From: Camelus ferus
Taxonomy: Eukaryota
Assembly (NCBI RefSeq): GCF_009834535.1
Contig: NC_045696.1
Coordinates: forward strand, 91,452,001-91,516,000
Length of the DNA stretch: 64,000 nt
Direction: 5' to 3'
Shown: positions 38,901-50,500 of the stretch, piece after piece
Position numbering within the stretch: the first letter of the stretch is position 1
Layout of the letters: each line of letters begins with the position of its first letter
The notes under the pieces: model-generated
The model's database searches: none
Seen by the model: only the letters and a program-made list of their open reading frames with translations
Told to the model about the DNA's origin: nothing
Position numbers and translations under genes: made by a program

Positions 38901-41275
38901 AAATCTTTAGACTCACTAAAAATCATTGAAGTAATTAATTTAAATTTTTTAAAATGAGATAACCATTTTACAGTGATCAGACTGGCAAGAATAAAAAATT
39001 GTGACAGTACAAATCTTGGCAAATATGTGAAAAAATGAGAATATTCATACATGGCACATGAGAATAAAACAGGTTTATCTACTCAAAAAAAAAAAGAGAA
39101 AAGTATTTAAGAAAAAAATAAATGTAGTCAGTCATTAGATTCATAAATGACAGATAGCTGACAGTCAAGGCAGGTGACTTTCCAGAAGTCTTAATTACAT
39201 TTAAAGCTTATCAGAAAAAAATACTTAACCATTACCCACCATAAAGGGTTCCCCCGTCAGTAAATTAACATATTCATCACCTCAAGTCTATCTTTCTTCC
39301 TTTCTTTCTCTGTTTCTCTCTTTCTTTCTCTTTTTTCTTCCTTCCTTCCTTCCTTTCCTTTTCTTTCTTTTCTTCCTTCCCTGTGAGAACATTTAAGTAA
39401 GAAATGCCCATTTCTTTCCACAAAGAGGCTTTATATTGTAACATATAAAAATGTTCTGTCCTAGACAAGGTTTAAGACAAATTTTCCTTTATAACATTTT
39501 TAAAGGGGGAGTCTGGTGGTAGCTGGTTACATTATAAATTCATATACCCTATTATCTTGCAATTCCATTTCTAGGTGAAACTCTCACATACTTATACCAG
39601 GAAATATGTACGGTTATTAACTACACATTGCACCAAAAAATCAGGAACAATGCAAATGTTAATCAGTAGAATGGAGAAAAATGTTGTGGTATAGTCATGC
39701 AATATAGGCAGTGAAAATAAATTAATTAGACCTATATGTAGTAACATGGAATAAATCTTGAAAACATAATATTGATTTTTAATTAGCAAGTTACAGAAGT
39801 ATAATATGAGTAGTATAATAGCTTACATATATTTTTAAAACGCACTAAGCAGCGTTATGCATCAGTTATGGGTGCATATACTTTTTTTCATTTTTCAGTT
39901 TTATTAGGTAGAATTATTATAGTTTGACTGCACATATACAACATACTGCATGTCAATACATATACACAATATACTGCATATATTTTTTAAAATTTGCGTG
40001 TACGGGTACATATACTTGTGATAATACAATAGCATATTTAGAATCAGAACAAATTTATGATGGCGTTGCCTCTGGATCATGAGGAAGTGGTGAAAGGTGG
40101 AAGGGAAATGTTTCTAGGAAGGATATTAAGGAGATCTGAATGTCATCTGTAATTTTGTTTTTAAAAAGTCAGAAGCAAAATATTTGTATTTGGCCTGCCT
40201 GCTGGTCATGGGTATTTGTTACATTATCCTTTGTACTTACTTTTCTTTTTTTCTTTCTTTTTAACTAAACCTGTAAGTAATGTCTAAGAGTAGAGGACTG
40301 ATAGATTTGACTACATAAAGATATGAAGTTTATAAAAACAAAATCTGTACAGTAACTTGAAAATATGTGTAACAAGTATGAAAGACAATATCCTTAAGGT
40401 ACTATAAGTTTGTGCAAATCAATAATCAATGGGTCAAAGACGTGAGCAAATAATTCAACGAGACTCTGAGTGCAGAAAAAGTATACAGCCTCATTAGTAA
40501 AGTTAAAGAAAATTGAAATTAAAATAACAGTATCCTTTTTAGTCCATTTTTAAAAAGACAATAATCAGTGCTGGCTAGAGTAAGGGAGTTTAGACACTTT
40601 CACACATTTCTAGTCAGAGTGTAAATTATTTCAACATTTCTAAAAAGCAATTTAGCAATGCAGGTCAAGAGTCTTAAAAATATTCATATCCTTTAACACA
40701 GTGATTTTACTTCTAAGAATCTGTTCTAAAGAAATAATTTGAAATGTGTACAAAACTTAGATACACCAAAAAAATACGATGGAGTAATCTGTGAATAGTC
40801 TTAAGTGTCTAAAGATGGGAAAATAAAGTATTATATATATACTAAAACTATATATTATGATACAATATAGTATATTTTATAATATATAATTTTATAGTTG
40901 TAATTTTATATAAGTAATGTGTAATAATTTATAACATGTGACAGTATTATAATGTTCTAAAGATGGGACACTTAAAGTAATATATATAGATATCCATCCA
41001 TTTAGAAGAATATTAAGGAACCATGAAAAAATTATGTTTATGAGAAATGTTTAAGGACATGAAACAATACTTACATCAAATACCACATTGCAGTGTACAA
41101 AATTATTTATATAAAGAAAATTATTTGGAGATTTGCCCATTAAGACAGACAAAAGGAAATACAACAAAATATTAACAATGGTTAGCTCTGGTTGACGGGA
41201 TTAGCATCTTCTAAATTTTCTCTCCGAAGTATATATTTCTTTCATAATGAAGGAAAAAATATTATTAAAGAAATA
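35960..41275 (+). mobile_element. Decayed nested L1M cluster (ORF2 and 3' UTR remnants of at least two old L1s, with smaller L2/MIR/L1 pieces)
   Basis: Degenerate ORF2 RT-region motifs occur twice (about 36440-36530 and 37610-37760), as do ORF2-end/3' UTR motifs (about 39500-40230 and 40560-41275). There are L2 ends at about 36230-36355 and 36535-36655, and a reversed MIR at about 36780-37010. Confidence 0.8.
39290..39380. repeat. CT-rich low-complexity tract within a reversed L1MA-like fragment
   Basis: Nearly pure pyrimidine tract between acatattcatcacctca and tgtgagaacatttaag. Confidence 0.75.
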
Positions 41276-42534
41276 CCACTTTTATTGCTTTATGTAAGTA
41301 AATGTAAATAAAAGCAGTTAGAGAAAATTTTATTTTACTAGACAGAAACAAGTGATGCACCATTGATAGGCCGCATCAAAGATACTGGCCTTTAACATCT
41401 TAAGGATGGAGAGGTTCATTTATGTTTCTAGTAAATAATTAGAGTGCTTACTATTGTAGTCTTCTAGGTGCTGAGGCTAGAGAAATGAATTTTTAAAAAT
41501 CCATAATAAAAAAGGAACATTTCATTTTAAGGTAACCAATTTTATTGTAAAATAAATATTTTAAGAAAAGAGCAGAAAAATCCATTGATTTATTCAAGAA
41601 ATGAAGAGAATGGCCTCTGAGGAGTAACTGGAAATACTATTAATAATTGTGTTCTAGTGCATGTGTTCCCAGCCCTTCAGAGGGAGCGGTGCTCTGATTA
41701 TCAGAGGACCAGACAGTTTACAAAGCTGATGGGGGCATTGCTAAAGGTCTGGGATGTGAGAGGGGGGTCTCTTTTATTGACACACATGTTCTCGTTCCCA
41801 GAGCATAGGGAAATTCCATATGCCATGGAAATGAGGTCTCGAAACTGCCCATTATAGAAACAAAACAAAAAAATTAAATTTACTGCTGAAATAAAATGTG
41901 CCCCACGTGGCCAACATTTGGACATTTGTTTTCAGTCCACATTGCTACAAACACACTTGACAGTTCGCAGGATAATTGGCTGTAGTGTCAAAGCATAAAT
42001 AAAACTAAAGCTCCAATTCTGAGTGGAACAAAAAGAGACCTTCTGATGCTCCCAAAGGCTTAGGTTTAGAGTTTTGAGTTTTGGTGTTAATGCAGTCCTT
42101 GAATAAATAAATACATAATACATAAATAATAAGGAGCAGGCTTATTATATATAGACTATAACTTCAGATTCTTAGCAGAAATTCAAGTCTACATGTGTGA
42201 TGTAAGTAACAAGTATTGTAGGCTGGCCTTGTCATCTATAAAGGAGAGCAGTGTGAACCCAAGTGTTTGAGACACATTAGCTGTGTTGAATCTCCCCTTC
42301 AGAGCAAGCTAGATAATAATGGGGCATATGGAGGTTAGGTTTTAGATTTCAGAAGCCTAGGTGGGACTGGGGGCTAGGCTTTTAGACTGTGATCTCAGAA
42401 CCAGGAAAACCTGACAGGTCCAGGCTTTTAAAAGAAAGAGGAAAGTAGTTCCATGTAAGAATGACATGAGCAATAACACGGAGGATATCAAAAAAAAAAA
42501 AAAATCACAGTACAGTCATGGTAAATATGACTCA

Positions 42535-43700
42535 AGTTCATTCATTCAGTTAAAATTATTTTTTTTGCAAATGGCCGCTCTATGCCAAGCCCCGTGCAGA
42601 GAACAAAGCTAAACAACCTCACACCCTGCCCCATGGAGACAAGCAATGTACAAGCAGATAAATACACAATTCTACACTGACAGATGCTGCACACACATGA
42701 AATACCTGAAGAAAAGGATGAAGGATGGAGCATTTGATGGATGGTCAGGAAAGGCTTCTCTGAGCTGATATTTGAGTTTTCCTGGCAAAGAGCACTGTGT
42801 ACACAAAGGCTTTGAGATCAAAATGACAACTAACAAGCAGCAACAACAAAGAGGAAGAATAAAAAAAGAAAGCCAAAACTTTCACATATTCAATCATCTT
42901 CCTCTGAATTTAAATCATACAACCCATCAGAAAAAAAATTTTTGAGTGAGTACCCTCAATGTTTATATTTATTTACTTATAAACTGTATACATGTATTAT
43001 GCTTATTATTTCCATTAGAAAACATATTCAAAAAAATAGAAATTGCAAAGTATGAGATGAAAAATGAAGTGAAAATTCCGCTATTTTCCTCTTCCTACAT
43101 CACAGTGGATGGTCATGCCCACCCTGGGAGTGAACTCACTCCCCTTCCACAGTGTTGGAAGAGGTGTAAGGGTCTGGGTGGAGCCTAGTGAACAAAAGGG
43201 AGAGTGAAGACTAGGGGGGTGAGAGTTCGCCTAGGGAAATTTACTGCTGGCCTCAAAGCCACAGCAAGGAGCTTAGATTTCATTGCAGTCTGTGGGAAGT
43301 CACCGATGAGTTTTCAGCAGTAGACATGAACCAGCTTGTCTTCAAAAGATCACTCAGTCTGCTGTGTGGAGACTAGACCAGAAAAGGGCAAAAGGGAAAT
43401 CGTGGAGATCATGAGGAGACTATTGCTAACACAGAGAAAAGAGTAGCTCAAACTGGGATGGTCCTGGTAAGGATAGAAACGACACATTCAATATAAATTT
43501 TGGAGATAAAGAGTGGGGTGTGAGGGAGACTTACGAATGTCTTAAGTTTAAAATGCCTGTGAAATGTTCCAGTGGAATTATCTAGTGGGCAACCGTGAAG
43601 TGGGTTAGGCCAGAAATATAAATGAGGGCATCGTTGGCACAGAGAAGCCATGGGAAGATTAAAGCCATCTGGGAAAAGAACGTAGAGAGGAAAAGGACCC
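42535..43700 (-). mobile_element. Fragmented L2 with an unrelated (L1ME-like) piece at about 42870-43120
   Basis: ttcattcattca terminus, ggtcaggaaaggcttctctgag, aaaagatcactcagtctgctgtgtggaga and aggagactattgc. Confidence 0.7.
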
Positions 43701-45264
43701 CGTTCAGGACTGAGTTCAGAGAACAGACATCCATTTGGGTTCTGAGATAATAGATTTAAAGCAAAACAGACAGTTGATTTTTTCCAGCAGTGACCAGCTG
43801 TTCAGAGGCTAAATTGGCATTCATTCAGGCTTGGGCTTTTGTCTTTTGGTTGAGTGGTAATGAAATGGTGAAAGGTTTCAAGGTAGGAGAGATCTGTGTT
43901 TGAGAAGACAGAGGGTAAAGATGCAGACCAACAGAAAAGATTTAAAATGCCAAAGAGGAAGAGTCTACACTTAAGAGACTCCATTTGAGAAACAGAAAGA
44001 TGATCTTTGGAGCCCAGGAAAAAAAGCAAAGTTTTTTCCTGAATGAAGACAATGGATTTGTGTTGAGCTTTACTTTGTAAGATCCCTCTACTTCTCCCAG
44101 CACCAACCTATGTTCTACTGTTCCCCTTGGAAACAAAGGCAAAGACTCATACATGAGCTCCTGGCCAAGGCAAAGGCAGACAGACAATGGCCAGGAGGCA
44201 AGATGAGGCTAACTGTGACCACAGTCACAGTGACACCATGCTTCGTGCATAAGGCATGCGATGCTAGGGAGCATTGGGAGAGTATTAGCTTAAGCCCGAG
44301 ATGAATTTTTATCCCGGTTTATCTAGTATCAGTGGACCCACATTCCTCCACCATAGCCTTAGAACTAGTAATAGTTCATCTGGTATTGGCACTATCGACA
44401 TAAGAGGAGAGGCTCGAAGGTGAACAGACTTCTTGAGAACTGACACGTCCTCTGGAACTTTTACAAGCATGACTTTTATTGATACCTTAGGACCACTGAG
44501 TTTGGAAGTCCAGCCAAATTCTAAACTTTGCCTCCCTAAGTACTGTCTGTACTTTCATTTGGATTCTTTTTTTCCCCCTTAATAGCTATACATTATAACA
44601 ATCTATTCAGCCTCTCACTTAAACAATTCCATACGTACAACTCATTATATTAAGTGATTGCACATAATTTTGTAAACATACGAAACCAAAGTGACAGTTA
44701 CATTCACTGTTTAAAAACTGGAAAATTATTATCTATACACTTGGCTAATTAATACACACTGTTAGTATCTCCCTAACCACCATCCACATATACTGTACTT
44801 ATGTTGTACATAGGGTTTTTTAAAGAAATTGAAATTGGCATAAGAAATGTTTTCTTGGTTTAGTTCAAATCCTGGCTGATCACATATATTGTTTCACAAT
44901 TCATGTTTCACATTCATGTTTCTTTCACAAGGCAGGCTGTCCTATAATGAAGCATGTCAATTTTACTACTGTAGTGAACATTCTTCCACAGTCAGCCAGA
45001 TGTTCTACATCAGTTAAGGAAATTTTTAAAAAAGCCTTCAGAAAATGGTTAACAAAATAACTCTATTCCTGGGGGAACAGAGGTATGCGTCCCTCTGAAA
45101 TGTCTGTTCTAATCCAGGAGTGGTTTAGGGTCGTTTCCTAAATAATCAGTGCATGAGTATAGTCTTTTTCTTTTTTCCCTTGATGCTATCATGGATGTTG
45201 TGTGAACGCCTACAAACACTGGGCACTGAGCTAGTAGAATAAATAGCACCTCTTTTCAAGAAAA

Positions 45265-45495
45265 GTGAAAGTATGATAGTTTGAAGCTCAGGACTTGGGT
45301 TTGAATCCTGGCTTTACCACTTACCAGTGCTTTTACCTAAGTCCTCGGGGCCTCATCTTCTTTACCTACGAAGTGCAGAAAACACTGGTACCCAGTTAAC
45401 TGGGATGTTATGAGATTTAGAAGACATAATACATGTAAAATCCTTGAAACAGTGACTGGCACATAGTAAGAGCTCAGAAAACAGGAACTAGTATA
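45265..45495 (+). mobile_element. MIR
   Basis: cttgggtttgaatcctggctttaccacttaccag...acagtgactggcacatagtaagagctca. Confidence 0.85.
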
Positions 45496-46340
45496 ATTTT
45501 CCTGCACTTCCTCTGTAAGACCCCTCTCAACAAAATGAATGACAAAGCTTCATCTTTTGAGAGTGAGCTTTATTTTCCCAATAGCCAAAAACGTATCCAG
45601 GCTCAAGTCTATTATAAAAGGAGATCACTCACCCTGATATTATTAAACTGAATAATAGTTTCCAAGTTAAAAGCTGAGCTTCCCTAAAGTAGTGAAACTT
45701 TTTCTTGTGTTGCTTGTGAATGCACTCTAAAAATAATTCTGAAAGAGACTTCTAAAATGAGCAGAGGCTGTGTCACTAAAATGTGAGTGGTCATCCAAGT
45801 TCAAGGCTCATTTCAAGAGATAAATTCTGGATTTTTTTAAATCTAAAAATCAGAGTAATTTAGATGTCTCACTACTATAAATATCAAGAAAGGAACAATC
45901 AATGGCACTATTTGCTTTTTTTTTTAGGACCTTGAATGTTGCATGCAGACTGGCAAACTTCTGGTTCTAAAGACACATTACCCTCTTCCCCTTAGATATT
46001 ACAGACTATGGAGTTATTTTTATTTTTATAAACTCAGTAAACAAATATTTCCTAGAATCTAATTCTCTTCAATACATTTTGCATTTTATACTATTTCAAT
46101 ATAATTTTGGGTTCCTATTGAAGACCAATTCGAGTGGAAGGAGCCTTTTTAAAAAGTCCTCTGCTAAATACAGTCCAGAGAATCATTTAATGCCTCATTC
46201 CACGGTTTGGTAATTCCTTGCACAGTCCCCCTTGTAGCCAACCCAACTGCTCACAGTCCACGTAAGCCCCTTTCTTCATGATCTTTCCACAGATCTAATG
46301 GAAGCAGTAGAACATCTTCACTCTAGTGCTGGTCTCACTG

Positions 46341-46522
46341 AGTAGTTCTCAGAACTTAGTGCATTAGGAGTCCCTGGAGAGCATGTTTAACTGCAGGTCC
46401 CTGGGGCCTCTGCGGCTCTTGCAGGTGGTACTTGTTGGGTGGGCCTGGGACTCTGCATCTTGGAAAATGATCCAGGAGACTCTGAGGCAGGAGGTTTCAC
46501 AGTCCATTCTTACAGAGACACC
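46341..46522. mobile_element. MER5-family (MER5B-like) element
   Basis: agtagttctcag...ccctggagagcatgtttaactgcagg...gggtgggcctgggactctgcat...ccaggagactctga. Confidence 0.65.
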
Positions 46523-46529
46523 GGAAGAG

Positions 46530-46770
46530 AGGCAAAGGCAAGTGGAATCCAACGGACTTGGCTTGATCAGATCTCCACCACCAACAGACTCTGGGAATCT
46601 GTGCCAGTTGGTTAAGCTCAATTTCTCCATCTATAAATGAGGAACAAACCCACCTGCCTCAAAGGGTTGCTAGGGAAGGAAAATGAGATGATGCATTTAG
46701 TTAGTTAAGCACCCAACAGAGCCCTGGTACAGAGTAAGTGCCCCATAAACAGCACCTATAAAACCATTAC
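46530..46770 (+). mobile_element. MIR
   Basis: ctcaatttctccatctataaatgagg...cacctgcctcaaagggttgctaggga...aaatgagatgatgcat. Confidence 0.75.
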
Positions 46771-46983
46771 TTCAGAAACTTTCAGCCTGTGGTTAAATCA
46801 CCTATTTAGTTTTCTCTTTTTGGATTTGTAACAGTTTAGACGTATTTATGGCTCTGCTTTGAATTTTTTCCATTTTCACCTCTTTCCGAAGAACTGAGTG
46901 CTATGGTCTGTGTCTGAGCAGGGCTCAGGTAGCTCATTATTCCTCTATGTGTGTGTCTAATTAGTCTTTAAATGGGCACACCT

Positions 46984-47560
46984 CACTGCACCCTTTAATC
47001 GCAGCATCTCATTAGGGAGCTCCGTTTGCCATCTTGTTATTTCCCATCCCTTCACCTAGGTCCCCCCTTTTTTCTGCTCCTCCTTTCAGTCCTCACGTCT
47101 TCTTATGCTCATTTCTTTATTCGTAAGTATTAAATCCTTCATTTTATGCTTGTCATTATTCCCTCCTTTCTGCACAGCTCATTACACCCCTCCATCTGTG
47201 AACCTCATTATGCCATTCCATTTTTATCTCATTACACCCTCATCATGCACATATTATTAGCTCCTCCGTTCATGCATAGCACTGCATTCTTTCTCTCTGC
47301 TTCTTATCACAACCTGCCCTTTCCACCCTCCCCATTTAATGCTTCCATTTATAAGTCACATTACATCCACCCAAATGCCTTTATCATTACACCCAACCAT
47401 TTATGCATCTCGTTACACCATCGCACAGGCACATGTCTGTGTGCATTTCTATTTGTACATCTCATTATGGGCCCATCAAACATGCACATGTCATTACTCC
47501 CCTTTCAAGTGTTCACGTTGCATTACATCCTTCTACCTTTGCATCTCATTACATCCAATA
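46984..47560. repeat. Degenerate ~26-bp-period tandem array, consensus about CATTACACCCyyCCATyTrTGCATCT
   Basis: CATTA-type unit starts at 47154, 47180, 47206, 47230, 47359, 47385, 47411 (CGTTA), 47463, 47492, 47521 and 47547. Weaker units start at 46984, 47010, 47035, 47255, 47280, 47305 and 47333. Confidence 0.8.
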
Positions 47561-47799
47561 TTCCTAGGTTTAACAACAAACTAACAAAAACAGACAGGTA
47601 AGTATATTACTTGCTTTTAGAAAATGAAATATGTTTCTCAGGTGCCTAACATCAGTGTTTCTTAAAGAAGTCATTCATTTGGGAAAGATTTCCATGTATT
47701 TGTCTAGCTAAGAGACAAAAAAGCACTATATTTTATATGCATAAAAAGAAGCTTCTTTTCTTACTTGGTTTGTATCATCATCATCACTACTTCGTACTA

Positions 47800-48012
47800 T
47801 TTTTCTACAGTTTACAAAGTAGTGTATTTATCCATGAAATGATTTGTGGCAACAGATCTCTGAAGGAGGCAGCTTAGGAATCACAGTCATTGTACAGATT
47901 GAGAAGTACGTTGAAAGTACCGAGAAATAAAGATATTTCCCAAGAACTGCTAGGGCTCAGAGCTCAAATCAGATTTTCTGACGCCAAAACCCGCATTCTT
48001 TATACCATCCCC
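47800..48012 (-). mobile_element. MIR/MIR3
   Basis: acagttttacaaagt...cattgtacagattgagaa...ttctgacgccaaaacccgcattctt. Confidence 0.6.
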
Positions 48013-48444
48013 GCTGTGCAGGAAAGAATCTCATCCCCGAGTATCACTTGTCATTTAACCCATTTGGTAACACTTCCCTACGACAGAACTGGGTCTCAGC
48101 TGGCTTTAGGTTTGGTTTGTTTTCTAAAACAAAACAGTCAAATATATTTCAAACACTTTGCAGTCCATGTTTATTATCTCTTTGTCTCTGAGTTTGAAGA
48201 GCTAGATTAAAAGAAGCTTTCATGTGAAGCCCCCACAAATATAAATGCAAAAATCAGGAAAAACAGAAGATCCTATGATGACCTGCAGCACCAGGGCCAG
48301 CCTCACACAGGCAAAATAAGAGGACTCCTCTACAGGGGATTTGAGGGGTACCATGGAATCCCCACCACATGCACAGTCTGTCTTCCTCACAGATTCTAAT
48401 CCCTGCCAGTCTCTTTGCTTCCTTGGACTGTGTTCTCTGCCTCA

Positions 48445-48835
48445 CTTTTATTTCTTATTAAATAACTCACAAATTCAGGGAAGTGCAGAAAGATGATATC
48501 CATTCCCACCACAAGAAAGAAGAGATATTTACATTTCTTCCATATTTAGTTCATATACTCCCCTTTACAGAAAGAAACTGTTGCAAATACCCTCCTAAGA
48601 TTGGTGTGTATTATTTCCATGAATGTTTTGTACTGTTGTTTTAAAATTTGACATTGTATTGCCATATCACACATAACTCTCCCAATATGCTTTCTATGGT
48701 TAATGTTATGTTTTAAAAATATATCTGTTCGTATATGTAGCTCTAGCTCATTCATCTTAGTATATGTGGAATTTTCCATTGTGTAAAAGGCCCGAGTTTG
48801 CTTTATCCATTTCTCTGCTGAGGGGTAGATCAACT
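48445..48835 (-). mobile_element. L1ME-type 3' UTR remnant
   Basis: tatatgtagctctagctcattcatc...ttccattgtgta...tttatccatttctctgctga. Confidence 0.7.
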
Positions 48836-49359
48836 TATCACATCTGCCTTAATCTCTATTACTTCACCAATGCTTAGCGCCATACTCTATCTGTTAAATG
48901 ACTAAATGGAGACATTTGAAATTTCCATATCATGGGAAACAATGCCTTCTCCCCTAAATCTGTGGTAGAGTCAGTTTTATCTCCTACTGCTCCAAGTAGT
49001 AAACATGTCAACAAAATGATGCTTCTTAAAATAAAACTAGACCCTGGCCAAATGTTGATATGCACTAGTATATTAAAATAATTGTACCTAGAAGGGTGGT
49101 CTAATTCCCAGAACTTGGAATGCTTCTTGAGACAGCAAAAGGCAACAAAGAGAGAGAAAAACACAGCGTGTTCTATAGAAGTGTGGTTGATTTTCCCTGT
49201 GGTTTAAGAAATCACTAGAGACTGTTGCCAGCCCCTGATGCAGTCAAACCACTAGGACTGTGGTCACCAAAAGTATGGCCTATTTCAGGCATGAGAAAGT
49301 GTTGTTCAGTGGTAATTCCTCAAGAAACTTTAGAGTTTAGAAAGGCCTTCTATTGTGAT

Positions 49360-50500
49360 GTGGAAAAAGAATTCATCATGCTGTGCTGGTGGGAGGGTAA
49401 ATTGAACAGCCATTCTGAAAAGCAAGTTATCAGAACCTAGTGAAGTTAAGAATATGCATAAGATTAAAATTTTACTGTCTCATGCAAACAAGGTTTGTGG
49501 AGCAGAGGAGACTATTACTATTTACAGCAAATAACCTCACTGGTTCCCCTTTGCCTCAGTTGTTAACCTTGGGGCAACACGATGAGAACCAGATGTCATG
49601 TTACACACACCAGGGTCTGTATTATAGGGAAGGAACCCTGAAAATATGAATCTTGGTATTTATAAAGGGGAGGGACAGCACCCTCACTCATCTGAAAGAA
49701 GGAGAGTAAAATATTTGCTCTTTGGGAAGGATTCTGGGTTCTTACTCTTACCTTTAGGGTTGTAGATAGACAGTTCCAGGGGAAGGATAAGGCATAGTGT
49801 CTCCAGTTTGACAGCCCAGGGGTGTCTCCGAATCCTGGATCTCATCCACACCTTGAAATGTGAGCACATACTTCTGGGAAGAGAATTGTTTCTAGATTGC
49901 CTCTCACTTTCTAATTGTGAATTAACTTCTAAAGCTTGTTCTTTTAGCCCAGCTCCCATGTTTCAGTAAGATTTTCTCAGAATGCCCAAACTGTGCAGAA
50001 ATATAAAAATATTTTCTCTATATTCTTAACACATACCCTATGATCCAGCAGTTTCACTCCTGAGTGATTATCTCAGAAAAATTCTTACTTGCATCTTTAA
50101 TAGGGTGTGTATGAGAACATTCACTGTTTTCATGGTCTGTCTAGGTACAAAGATGGAGGCACCCTTGGTGCCCATCACTAGGGTTAGATAAGGGTTAGAT
50201 AAACTATGGTGGGTGATGGAAATGCAGTATGAAATCCCATTGCAGCAGTAGAGGCAACAAACTAAATATATACAACACCATGTAGAGATCTTGAGCGAAA
50301 CAAGCAAGAAATAGAATGTGGTCTATGGTATAACATATTTGTGAAAATGACAAATACCCTAAACATGGCTACATATTTTTAAAGAATACATATTCATTCA
50401 AAGACTTATATCAAACCCAAAAGAATGAGAATTTATGTAAAGGGGAGGTGAGAGGAACAGTCTGGGAATGAGAGTAGTATCAGGGATCAAGGAAGAAAAA
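49360..50500 (+). mobile_element. L1ME3-like 3' region split by an LTR
   Basis: tgctggtgggagggtaaattgaacagccattctgaaaagcaa...gcata resumes after the LTR as cataccctatgatccagcagtttcactcctgag. Confidence 0.75.
49461..50031 (-). mobile_element. ERVL solo LTR (MER74/MER54-like)
   Basis: An ~570-bp insertion interrupting collinear L1 sequence with CATA duplicated. The termini gattaaaattttactgtc and tgcagaaatataaaaatatt...aaca resemble recalled MER74-group LTRs. Confidence 0.65.

Noticed and set aside
46984..47560. CRISPR-like repeat/spacer appearance
   Set aside because: Mammalian intron, degenerate cores of only about 10 bp, spacers related to each other, and no cas genes.
47146..47601. 151-aa His/Pro-rich ORF
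   Set aside because: The composition is a by-product of the CAT-rich 26-bp array. The period is not a multiple of 3, so it is not a protein repeat.
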